Source: Nitrospirota bacterium (GTDB lineage: Bacteria; Nitrospirota; UBA9217). Taken from it: 64,000 nt of DNA. The DNA lies in assembly GCA_963754875.1 (NCBI GenBank), contig CAVWHO010000013.1, positions 160,001-224,000 on the forward strand, in the 5' to 3' direction. Both the position numbers and the translations under genes were made by a program. Below, one piece after another: positions 53,121 to 62,024 of this stretch; the first letter of the stretch is position 1; each line of letters opens with the position of its first letter. Under the pieces are notes generated by a model. It had not been told where the DNA came from and ran no database searches. It saw only the letters and a program-made list of their open reading frames with translations.

Positions 53121-53828
53121 ATGCGTGTTGACGGCAGGAAGGCGGACGAACTCCGCAAAGTAAAGATCACCAGAAACTATATCAAGACCGCAGAGGGTTC
53201 GGTGCTGATCGAAATGGGCGACACAAAGGTCATTTGCACGGCCACGGTCGAGAATTCGGTCCCGCCGTTCTTACGGGGCAAGGGCACCGGCTGGGTCACG
53301 GCCGAGTACGCCATGCTGCCGAGATCGTCTGCGCAGCGCATCCAGCGGGAACGGAGCAAGGTGGGCGGCCGCACGCACGAGATCCAGCGGCTCATCGGCA
53401 GATCGCTCCGTTCCGTCGTGGACATGACCGCGCTCGGAGAACGGTCGGTGCTAATCGACTGCGACGTGGTCCAGGCAGACGGAGGAACGCGGACTGCATC
53501 GATCACGGGCGCCTATGTTGCACTGGTGGATGCGCTCCGTCATATCGAAAAACAGGGGCTGATCGAAACTGTCCCGGTCATGGACTATCTTGCCGCGATC
53601 AGCGTCGGTATCGTGGGCGGGAAACCCATGCTCGACCTTTGCTACTTCGAGGACTCGACCGCCGAAGTGGACATGAACCTGGTGATGACCGGTAAAGGCG
53701 GGATCGTGGAAGTGCAGGGCACGGCGGAAGGCAAGCCGTTCTCGAAAAATGAATTGGACACACTCCTCGCCCTGGGAGAGAAAGGCAACAAGGCGCTCGT
53801 GAAGAAGCAGAAAGACCTGCTCAAATGA
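53121..53828 (+). CDS. rph: Ribonuclease PH
   Basis: [33 protein letters not shown]. Confidence 0.98.
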   Translation: MRVDGRKADELRKVKITRNYIKTAEGSVLIEMGDTKVICTATVENSVPPFLRGKGTGWVTAEYAMLPRSSAQRIQRERSKVGGRTHEIQRLIGRSLRSVVDMTALGERSVLIDCDVVQADGGTRTASITGAYVALVDALRHIEKQGLIETVPVMDYLAAISVGIVGGKPMLDLCYFEDSTAEVDMNLVMTGKGGIVEVQGTAEGKPFSKNELDTLLALGEKGNKALVKKQKDLLK

Positions 53829-54385
53829 CAGCGTTTTTCACGTCGCTTGCGATTGTGTTTCTTGCTGAGATGGGTGACAAGACCCAGCTCCTGGCCATGG
53901 CCTTTGCCACGAGGTTTCGCTGGCAGACGGTCATGCTCGGAGTGTTCGTTGCGACCGCTGCAAATCATCTTTTCGCCGTGTATGTCGGCAATTATCTCAC
54001 CAGCATTATTCCGCTTCACGTCATCAAGATCGCTGCATCCGTTTCGTTTATTCTCTTTGGTTTATGGACCATCAGGGGCGACAAGCTTGAGAATGAGGAC
54101 AAACGATTCAACTTTAGTCCATTCTGGACCGTCACTGCCGCGTTCTTTCTTGCCGAGATGGGAGACAAGACTCAGCTCGCTACGGTCGCGCTTGCTGCTG
54201 AATTCAACACTGTGGTCCCTGTGTGGGCTGGGACCACGACGGGAATGTTGGTTGCCGACGGCGTCGGAATCATCATCGGCATTCTTTTGCACAAGAAGAT
54301 ACCTGAAAAACAGATCAAGTGGGTCGCCGCCCTCGTTTTTATCGCCTTCGGACTTTGGGGCGTGTATGCTGCATTGACGTCGTAA
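53825..54385 (+). CDS. TMEM165/GDT1 (UPF0016) Mn/Ca transporter
   Basis: Two AEMGDKTQL motifs. Confidence 0.95.
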   Translation: MTAFFTSLAIVFLAEMGDKTQLLAMAFATRFRWQTVMLGVFVATAANHLFAVYVGNYLTSIIPLHVIKIAASVSFILFGLWTIRGDKLENEDKRFNFSPFWTVTAAFFLAEMGDKTQLATVALAAEFNTVVPVWAGTTTGMLVADGVGIIIGILLHKKIPEKQIKWVAALVFIAFGLWGVYAALTS

Positions 54386-54417
54386 TTCGCGATGTCAAAC
54401 ACGGGACCAGCTAAGCA

Positions 54418-54609
54418 TCATTTCTTAACGCAGGTTTCCTCAACCACTGTGTGCGCTTCTTTCTTGCTGACATCGGCTTGCTGATAGTAGATGTACTCGC
54501 CTACCATGCCGGAAAGCTCCTCGCCGGAGATATCTGGCATAATATCGAGAACTTCCTCTTTAAAATACTTTGCCGCATCAACCGTCCATTTATCCATTGT
54601 GCTGTTCAT
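54418..54609 (-). CDS. Small acidic hypothetical protein (63 aa)
   Basis: Strong SD AAGGAGG before ATG; divergent from the LysR gene. Confidence 0.65.
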   Translation of the reverse strand: MNSTMDKWTVDAAKYFKEEVLDIMPDISGEELSGMVGEYIYYQQADVSKKEAHTVVEETCVKK

Positions 54610-54725
54610 ATTGCCTCCTTTCATACCGTATGTTGCAAGTCTTTAGTCATCCTTGGTACTTATTCTATCCATTGAGTTGACATACGTCCAATATATTGAT
54701 AATATGAATTCAATACTTTTAAAAT

Positions 54726-55616
54726 ATGGAACTAAGACACCTTAAATATTTCGTAGCAGTGGCCGAGGAAATGCATTTTGGCAGGGCCGCCAAAAGGCTT
54801 CATATCGCCCAGCCGCCGCTGAGTCAGCAGATCCTGAATCTGGAAGAAGAGCTCGGGGTGAAGTTGTTTGACAGGACGCGGCGGAATATACAGATGACCG
54901 ATGCGGGCATTTATTTTCTGAAAGAAGCCCAGCACATCCTTTTACATGCTGAACAGGCTGCTGAAACTGCCAGAAGGATCTATCGTGGACAGGCCGGACG
55001 TCTCGTCGTAGGGTTTGTGGGATCGGTAATCCATACGTTTTTGCCTGAAGGTCTGCGCTCATTCCGTGAATGCTTCCGGGATGTCGAACTGGTACTGCAG
55101 GAGCTGACTACGGCGGAACAGATAAGGCTGCTGCATACCAGGCGCATTGACATCGGATTCCACTATCCCGATGCTCAGGATGCAACGCTTGCATTTCAAC
55201 CGCTCACGCAAGCGCCTTTGATGGTTGTACTGCCCAATAAACATCCTCTTTCGGGCCGCAAATCGCTGGATATCAGAAAGCTGGCCCAGGAGCCTTTCAT
55301 AGCGAATACAAGATCGTCAGAACCGGTGGTCCGCGATGCCTTTATCAGCCTGTGCCATGCTGCCGGGTTCAGTCCGAAAATTACACAGGAGGCGGGCAGC
55401 GTCCAGACAGTGTTAGGTCTCGTGGCTTCCGGATTGGGTGCCTGTCTTCTTCCGGATTATATAAAAAATATCAAACGCCCGGGTGTGCAGTACATACCTT
55501 TGTCAGGATCGTCTCCTACGGTAAAACTCGCCGTTGTCTGGCGCAGCGATAATTCTTCCGCACTTGTAAAGTCTTTTGTCGAAGTAATTGAGACTTCTGC
55601 CCGTCGCTACCGGTGA
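54726..55616 (+). CDS. LysR-family regulator (BenM/CatR/HcaR-like)
   Basis: MELRHLKYFVAVAEEMHFGRAAKRLHIAQPPLSQQI. Confidence 0.96.
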   Translation: MELRHLKYFVAVAEEMHFGRAAKRLHIAQPPLSQQILNLEEELGVKLFDRTRRNIQMTDAGIYFLKEAQHILLHAEQAAETARRIYRGQAGRLVVGFVGSVIHTFLPEGLRSFRECFRDVELVLQELTTAEQIRLLHTRRIDIGFHYPDAQDATLAFQPLTQAPLMVVLPNKHPLSGRKSLDIRKLAQEPFIANTRSSEPVVRDAFISLCHAAGFSPKITQEAGSVQTVLGLVASGLGACLLPDYIKNIKRPGVQYIPLSGSSPTVKLAVVWRSDNSSALVKSFVEVIETSARRYR

Positions 55617-55962
55617 TCTAGGATTCCTTTCGTTACTATTTCCCAGCGCGCTTAGTAGTGCAGCGACAAGACTTGCCTTGCAGAACTCTTCTGCGAGACT
55701 CATGGTCATGCCCAAGAGCGGCCCGTTTCCTGTTTTCCCTTGACAAAGCAAACCATGCGACTTAGTATTAAACAACTGTTTTATAATTTAGAAACTCTAT
55801 CTTTTCATGCGTAAACAAAGAGTTGCAAGATTTCTGGCCATTGCTTTCTTTCTATATAATATATTAGAGGTTATGTTGTGACTCCGAGTTGTTCTTCCCA
55901 CTAAAGAGACAATCCGGGCAAGCTAAATAATCTCAAATGCCGACAACCGGGGAGTTGTGTTC

Positions 55963-56760
55963 ATGAAAAGGGAAAAAGTCAATTATACGATCCAGTCAGT
56001 GTCGCATGCGCTCGATATTCTTGAGTCCTTTACTAAGACTGCGGATGAACTCGGGGTGACCGATTTGTCGAAACGGCTGGGCCTGCACAAGAACAACGTA
56101 TTCCGGCTGCTGGCCACGCTCGAACACAGGGGATACATTGAACAGAACCCTGCCACAGAAAATTACCGGCTTGGCGTGAAGACCCTTCAGATCGGTTCGA
56201 TCTTTATCGAGCAGCGTGAATGCCGCCGCCAGGCGCGTCCGATCCTCGAAAACCTGATGGCAGCTTCCGGCGAAACAACGGTCGTAGCGATATTGCGCGG
56301 GAACAAGGTCATCTACATGGACAGCGTGGAAACGGACAAAACCGTTCGTGCAGTTTCGCACATCGGCGCGCTGCTCCCGGCACACTGCACTGCCGTGGGA
56401 AAGGTGCAACTGGCCCAGTTGTCGCCTGCCGAGATCGAGCGTCTCTATCCCGAGCAAACGCTGTCTCCGCTGGCTGACCGCAGCATTAAGACCCGCGATG
56501 CACTTCTGGCTGAATTGAAAAGCATTGTTGACCGGGGCTATGCCCTTGAGAACGAGGAAGCGGAAACCGATGTGCGGGGCATCTCTGTTGCAGTGAAGGA
56601 TTATTCGAAAAACGTGATCGCGGCCATCGGCATCACGGCGCCAATAAGCCGTTTGACCGATGAACGACTGGAAAGAGGGGGCATCATCAACCTGCTTCGC
56701 GAATCAGGCCAGGCGCTTTCGACGAAACTGGGATTCATCGCGCCTGCGGTAAAAAAGTAA
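55963..56760 (+). CDS. IclR-family regulator
   Basis: IQSVSHALDIL, LGVTDLSKRLGLHKNNVFRLL, HCTAVGK. Confidence 0.95.
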   Translation: MKREKVNYTIQSVSHALDILESFTKTADELGVTDLSKRLGLHKNNVFRLLATLEHRGYIEQNPATENYRLGVKTLQIGSIFIEQRECRRQARPILENLMAASGETTVVAILRGNKVIYMDSVETDKTVRAVSHIGALLPAHCTAVGKVQLAQLSPAEIERLYPEQTLSPLADRSIKTRDALLAELKSIVDRGYALENEEAETDVRGISVAVKDYSKNVIAAIGITAPISRLTDERLERGGIINLLRESGQALSTKLGFIAPAVKK

Positions 56761-56819
56761 CAATTCCCGGTTCCAAGAATGGTTGACACTCCTCTTTATG
56801 CTATGCTATTATCCGCCAG

Positions 56820-57716
56820 ATGGTGATTGAACAAAAATTAGATCTTCTGAAAGCGCTGCTCCAGGAGATGAATCTCGCAGTACTCGCCTATTCCGGCGGC
56901 GTGGACAGTTCACTTCTTCTCAGGGTCGCGTCGGAAGTCATGGGACCCCGGCTGATCGCGGTGACTGCTGTTTCCGAAACCTATCCGGACGGTGAACTGC
57001 GTGGTGCTCAGGAGTTTGCGCGCTTGCTTGGGGTGACGCATAAAGTCCTTCCGACGGAGGAGCTTGCGTCGGAGGAATTCGTTCGGAACACGACGGAACG
57101 ATGCTACCATTGTAAGCGCGAGCTGTTTGCCAAGCTCAGGCAGCTTGCGGACAGCGAGGGAATCTCCGCAGTCATCGAGGGATCGAACACTGATGATCTG
57201 AGCGATTACCGCCCGGGCAGAAAAGCCGCCCAGGAGTTCGGTCTAAGGAGTCCGCTCGTCGAAGCCGGGTTCTCGAAGGCCGATGTCCGCGAATGTGCCC
57301 GCATGTTGCATCTCTCTGTGTGGGACAAACCGTCCCTCGCCTGCCTTTCCTCCCGTATTCCCTATGGAACCAGGATCACTCCCGAGATATTGCACATGGT
57401 ACAGGCCGCGGAGGACCGGTTGCGTGCTCACGGGTTCCGGCAGGTCCGTGTCCGGCATCACGGCGACATCGCGCGGATCGAGGTGACGAAGGAAGATTTT
57501 GCAAAGCTTATTTCCGGCGATGTAATAGCAGCCGTTACCGCAGAATTCAAAAAACTCGGCTATACCTATGTCTGTCTTGACCTTGAGGGTTACCGGACTG
57601 GAAGCATGAATGAGGTTTTCGTGGAGCAAGCCGACCATGCCGGCGTAAAAAATTGCGGCAACGCGGTTGCCTTGGTCCAAAAGGAGCGAGCGAATGAAAA
57701 TACTCATCGTCGGTAG
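56820..57716 (+). CDS. larE: ATP-dependent sacrificial sulfur transferase LarE-like (repeat-derived C-terminal extension)
   Basis: AYSGGVDS, RCYHCK, DYRPG, ACLSSRIPYG, RVRHH, GYRTGSMN. Confidence 0.92.
   Translation: MVIEQKLDLLKALLQEMNLAVLAYSGGVDSSLLLRVASEVMGPRLIAVTAVSETYPDGELRGAQEFARLLGVTHKVLPTEELASEEFVRNTTERCYHCKRELFAKLRQLADSEGISAVIEGSNTDDLSDYRPGRKAAQEFGLRSPLVEAGFSKADVRECARMLHLSVWDKPSLACLSSRIPYGTRITPEILHMVQAAEDRLRAHGFRQVRVRHHGDIARIEVTKEDFAKLISGDVIAAVTAEFKKLGYTYVCLDLEGYRTGSMNEVFVEQADHAGVKNCGNAVALVQKERANENTHRR
57621..57690 (+). repeat. Family E double-hairpin repeat, copy 3 (inside the larE 3' end)
   Basis: GTGGAGCAAGCCGACCATGCCGGCG..GCGGCAACGCGGTTGCCTTGGTCCAAAAGGAGCGAG. Confidence 0.88.
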
Positions 57717-58971
57717 CGGGGGCAGGGAACATGCGCTGGTCTGGAAAATAGCGCAGAGCCCGAAGGTCACGAAAATTTACGCGGCGCCGGGGAATGCCGG
57801 CATGGCGCAGCTTGCGGAATGCGTTCCGGTCAAGTCTGAGGATGTCCCCGGCCTTCTGGCATTCGCCAAGTCCAAGTCCATCGACCTCACCATCGTGGGC
57901 CCGGAAGGACCGCTCTCTTTAGGCATCGTGGACGAGTTCACGAAAGCGGGGCTTCGCGCATTCGGCCCGAGCGGCAAGGCGGCCGAGATCGAGTCAAGCA
58001 AGAAGTTTTCCAAGGACCTCATGAGGAAGTACCACATCCCCACGGCAGAGTACGGCGTGTTCACCGAAAAGGCCGCGGCAGAGGCCTACGTGCGTGAGAA
58101 GGGCGCGCCCATTGTCGTAAAGGCCGACGGTCTGGCAGCGGGAAAGGGGGTCGTGGTCGCTGAAACAATGGAAGAGGCGCTCAAGGCGCTCGACCTCATC
58201 ATGACCGACAAGGCTTTCGGCACGGCAGGCGACCGCGTGGTGATCGAAGAGTGCCTCAGGGGAGAAGAAGCTTCCTTCATGGCCTTCTCCGACGGCAAAA
58301 CCGTCGTGCCCATGGCGTCGTCACAGGACCATAAACGGGTGTTCGACGCGGACAAGGGGCCGAACACCGGCGGCATGGGAGCATATTCTCCGGCCCCGGT
58401 GGTCACCAAAAAGCTGGAACGCAAGGTCATGGAAACGATCATGGTCCCCACGGTCCGGGCCATGGAAAAAGAAGGACGGTTGTTCAAAGGAGTGTTGTAC
58501 GCCGGGCTCATGATCCACGAAGGCGAAGCCAAGGTGCTGGAGTTCAACGCCCGCTTCGGCGATCCGGAGACCCAACCGATCATGGCGCGGCTGGATACGG
58601 ACCTCGTAGAGATCATTGAAGCCATCCTTGCGGGATCGTTGTCGAAAATCGACATCAAATGGAAACCCGACTCAGCGGTCTGCGTGGTCATGGCCTCGGG
58701 CGGATATCCCGGCAGCTATGAAAAAGGCAAGATCATCTGCGGTCTCGAGAACGCTGCAAAACTGAGCAACGTATCGGTATTTCACGCGGGGACCGCGTTC
58801 AAGGATGGCAAGATCGTGACCGCCGGGGGCAGGGTGCTCGGCGTGACCGGGCTCGGTCCGGTTGTGGCCGCAGCCATCGATAATGCCTACAAAGGCGTGC
58901 GGGAGATCGCGTTCGAGGGCGCGCACTTTCGCAGGGACATCGGGGCGCGGGCTCTTGAAACCGGGAATTAG
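57694..58971 (+). CDS. purD: Phosphoribosylamine--glycine ligase
   Basis: GSGGREHAL, KADGLAAGKGV, QDHKR, NTGGMG, RFGDPE. Confidence 0.98.
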   Translation: MKILIVGSGGREHALVWKIAQSPKVTKIYAAPGNAGMAQLAECVPVKSEDVPGLLAFAKSKSIDLTIVGPEGPLSLGIVDEFTKAGLRAFGPSGKAAEIESSKKFSKDLMRKYHIPTAEYGVFTEKAAAEAYVREKGAPIVVKADGLAAGKGVVVAETMEEALKALDLIMTDKAFGTAGDRVVIEECLRGEEASFMAFSDGKTVVPMASSQDHKRVFDADKGPNTGGMGAYSPAPVVTKKLERKVMETIMVPTVRAMEKEGRLFKGVLYAGLMIHEGEAKVLEFNARFGDPETQPIMARLDTDLVEIIEAILAGSLSKIDIKWKPDSAVCVVMASGGYPGSYEKGKIICGLENAAKLSNVSVFHAGTAFKDGKIVTAGGRVLGVTGLGPVVAAAIDNAYKGVREIAFEGAHFRRDIGARALETGN

Positions 58972-58982
58972 CGGAATAACAC

Positions 58983-59768
58983 TTGCGAAGAGTACAGTGC
59001 AAAACGAACTGGCCGACTCTACGGAATGTCGTCAGCTTCCTGAATGATGAGTTGCGGGTCGGAAAGATCAGGGATGCTTCCCTGAACGGCCTGCAGGTGC
59101 GGTCCCGTACGACCGGCGCACTCGAACGGGTCGGCTTTGCTGTCGATGCATGCATTTCCACGTTCGAGAGAGCACATCAACTCAGCGTTGACCTCCTCGT
59201 TGTTCATCACGGCATAAAATGGAGACCTCAAAAGGATCGTGACCTCGAGAAAAAGCGAGAGTCGTACCTGAAAAAGAACAGCCTGGCGCTCTATGCCGCG
59301 CATCTGCCGCTTGATCTCCATAGGGAATATGGGAACAATGTACAGCTTTCCCGTTTACTCGGGCTGCAGAATTTGCGTGCATTCGGGAAGTATCACGGCA
59401 TCAAGATCGGTTATGCCGGCGCATTCAAAAGGACGGCCAGCCTTGATGACCTTGCAGCGATTCTCAAGAAACAGTTAAAAACGACCTGCAGCGTGTTCCG
59501 TTTCGGAAAAGCGCGTATTCGCACCCTGGGGATCGTGTCCGGCGGGGGCGGCAGCATGCTGAAAGACGCTGTTGAGGAACGGCTTGATTGTTTTATGGTC
59601 GGAGAGATAGATCTTGCAACGTACAATGCAGCGAAGGAATACGGCATGAACCTCATCGTAGCCGGCCACTATGCAACGGAAACTGTCGGCGTCAAGGCAT
59701 TGATGGGGCTCGTGGGGGACGTGTTCGGCATTGAGACCGTCTTCATCGACGACGCAAAAGATTTGTAA
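58983..59768 (+). CDS. Nif3-like dinuclear metal centre protein (start uncertain)
   Basis: NGLQV, VVHHG, AHLPLDLH, GHYATE. Confidence 0.9.
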   Translation: MRRVQCKTNWPTLRNVVSFLNDELRVGKIRDASLNGLQVRSRTTGALERVGFAVDACISTFERAHQLSVDLLVVHHGIKWRPQKDRDLEKKRESYLKKNSLALYAAHLPLDLHREYGNNVQLSRLLGLQNLRAFGKYHGIKIGYAGAFKRTASLDDLAAILKKQLKTTCSVFRFGKARIRTLGIVSGGGGSMLKDAVEERLDCFMVGEIDLATYNAAKEYGMNLIVAGHYATETVGVKALMGLVGDVFGIETVFIDDAKDL

Positions 59769-59810
59769 CAGTACTGGATCCTCATCATCAACTTGAAGAA
59801 AGGAGCACTC

Positions 59811-60434
59811 ATGAGCAAACCAGTTGTCGGGATATTGATGGGCAGTGACTCGGACCTTCCAATCATGCAGGAGGCGGCCGCGATGCTCCAGGAATTCGGC
59901 GTCGAGTATGAAATGACCATCGCGTCGGCGCATCGGACGCCGAAAAAGGTCATCGAATACAGCGTGGGCGCGGAGAGACGCGGGATCAAGGTGATCATTG
60001 CCGGCGCGGGATGGGCTGCGCACCTTGCCGGGGTCATCGCGTCGCACACGACGCTGCCGGTCATCGGCGTGCCGATCGATTCGTCGCCGCTCAAGGGACT
60101 CGATGCGCTCCTGGCCACGGCCCAGATGCCGGGCGGCGTGCCGGTTGCGACCATGTCGATCGGTAAGCCTGGCGCAAAGAACGCAGGCGTGTTTGCGGCC
60201 CAGATCATCGCCACAAGCGACGTTAAGATCGCAAACCGCCTCAAAGTCTACAGGGTCGAGATGGAACGCGACGTGGAAGAGAAGGCAAAACGCCTCATGG
60301 CGATCACCGCAGCACCGGCAGTCAAGGAACCCGCGGCAGCCGAAGCAGGAGCGCCTGCCAAAAAGAAACCACGCCGCAGACGATGGAAGAAAAAACCGGG
60401 TGGCGCAGCGCCGGCCCAGGGACCGGTCGCGTGA
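59811..60434 (+). CDS. purE: N5-CAIR mutase, with long Ala-rich and basic C-terminal tail
   Basis: MGSDSD, SAHRTP, AAHLAG, QMPGGVPVAT. Confidence 0.96.
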   Translation: MSKPVVGILMGSDSDLPIMQEAAAMLQEFGVEYEMTIASAHRTPKKVIEYSVGAERRGIKVIIAGAGWAAHLAGVIASHTTLPVIGVPIDSSPLKGLDALLATAQMPGGVPVATMSIGKPGAKNAGVFAAQIIATSDVKIANRLKVYRVEMERDVEEKAKRLMAITAAPAVKEPAAAEAGAPAKKKPRRRRWKKKPGGAAPAQGPVA

Positions 60435-61300
60435 AGACCGAACTCGAGTGCCTGCCCTGCTTTTTCGGACAGGTTACGCGTACCTTGAATTATGCAGGCG
60501 TGAACGGCGACCGGGGCCGCGGCATTGCGCGAAAGGCGGCTGCAATCATTGAACAGGCGTCGCTGGAAGAAGTCCCGGCCCGCATCACGACGATGATTCA
60601 CCGAATGCTTCGTGAAGAGACCGGTACCGATCCCTATCAATCCGTGAAGGACGCGTATAACCGCATTGCACTCGACAGGATGCCTGCGCTCAAAGCAATG
60701 GTTTCCCGATCTGATGACCGTCTTGAAGGGGCTGTTCGCGTTGCGATTGCCGGGAACGTCATCGACTTTGGGATTTACGAAAGCATCGACCTTGACCGTT
60801 CCATCGAGGAATCGTTCAGTTTGCCGCTTTCAGGCGCTGATTATCTGGCTTTTTCCCGGGAAGTTCAGACGGCACGCCGCATCCTCTACCTCTGCGACAA
60901 CGCAGGAGAGATCGTGTTCGACCGAGTTCTGCTCGAAACTCTGCGCGCCATGGGCAAGGACGTGACTGCCGTGGTCAAGGGTTCTCCGGTGATCAACGAT
61001 GCTACGCTTGATGACGCGGCCGCAGCCGGGCTGCACGGGTGTGCGACGGTCATCGATAACGGGAACGACGGCATCGGTACGCTGCTGGAGGCAGGCTCAG
61101 CGCGTTTTCTGGAGGCTTACCGAGCTGCGGACCTTATCATCAGCAAAGGCCAGGCCAACTACGAAACGCTCGTAGGAGAAAAGAACGAACGCATTTTTTT
61201 TCTGTTCAAAGTAAAATGTCCGGTCGTTGCAGGATTCCTTGGACGAAAGAACGGGGACATCGTCCTGGCGAGAGGCGGGAGTAGTGGGGATTGCAGCTAG
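60431..61300 (+). CDS. ARMT1-like / DUF89 damage-control phosphatase
   Basis: ECLPC, DPY, AGNVIDFG, DNAGEIVFD, SKGQANYETL. Confidence 0.93.
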   Translation: MKTELECLPCFFGQVTRTLNYAGVNGDRGRGIARKAAAIIEQASLEEVPARITTMIHRMLREETGTDPYQSVKDAYNRIALDRMPALKAMVSRSDDRLEGAVRVAIAGNVIDFGIYESIDLDRSIEESFSLPLSGADYLAFSREVQTARRILYLCDNAGEIVFDRVLLETLRAMGKDVTAVVKGSPVINDATLDDAAAAGLHGCATVIDNGNDGIGTLLEAGSARFLEAYRAADLIISKGQANYETLVGEKNERIFFLFKVKCPVVAGFLGRKNGDIVLARGGSSGDCS

Positions 61301-61368
61301 GTGATTGCGGAACCGGACTTCAGGAAAAGAGGACCGCAAACCATGCAGGCTGCGATGAGTGTGGCTCT

Positions 61369-61989
61369 ATGCCGGGGGAAATAATTAAAATCGACATGTC
61401 CCATCCCGAAGAAGCGTTCTCCCGCTGCAAACAAGTGGTTTCAACGGGAGGTATCGTCGTCTATCCGACTGATACGTTTTACGGGCTCGGCGCTGATCCG
61501 AGGAACGCTGCTGCGGTTAAAAAATTATTTGCTATCAAGGGCAGGCAGCCGGGCCAACCCATCCTGCTGCTCCTGGCGGACGCGAGTGACGTGCGCGACT
61601 GGGCCGTCGAGGTAACTTCACAGGCCCAAGTGCTTATGCAGAAATACTGGCCCGGGCCGCTGACGCTCGTGTTCAAGGCCGGGCCGAACGTACTTGCGGA
61701 CCTGACAGCGAACACGGGTACCATAGGCCTTCGGGTGCCGGGCAATGCGTTGACCCGCAGCCTGCTGCGATATCTCGGCCATGCCCTGACCGGCACGAGT
61801 GCAAATATCTCGAACAAGCCGAGCCCAAGAACAGCCCAGGAAGCTGCAACGATCGCCACCCTGGTTGAACTGGTCCTCAATGGAGGCGAATGCGCCGGAG
61901 ATAAACCGTCGACTATCGTTGACGTAAGAACTGAAGTGCCGCACGTGATCCGCGAAGGGGCCATTCCTTCGAAGGCCATCGCGGCTTGA
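61369..61989 (+). CDS. tsaC: L-threonylcarbamoyladenylate synthase (TsaC/Sua5/YrdC)
   Basis: PTDTFYGL, KGR, WPGPLT, TSANIS, PSTIVD, REGAI. Confidence 0.93.
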   Translation: MPGEIIKIDMSHPEEAFSRCKQVVSTGGIVVYPTDTFYGLGADPRNAAAVKKLFAIKGRQPGQPILLLLADASDVRDWAVEVTSQAQVLMQKYWPGPLTLVFKAGPNVLADLTANTGTIGLRVPGNALTRSLLRYLGHALTGTSANISNKPSPRTAQEAATIATLVELVLNGGECAGDKPSTIVDVRTEVPHVIREGAIPSKAIAA

Positions 61990-62024
61990 TGCAAAATCTC
62001 TCTCTTGTGTGACAAGGAATGTTG

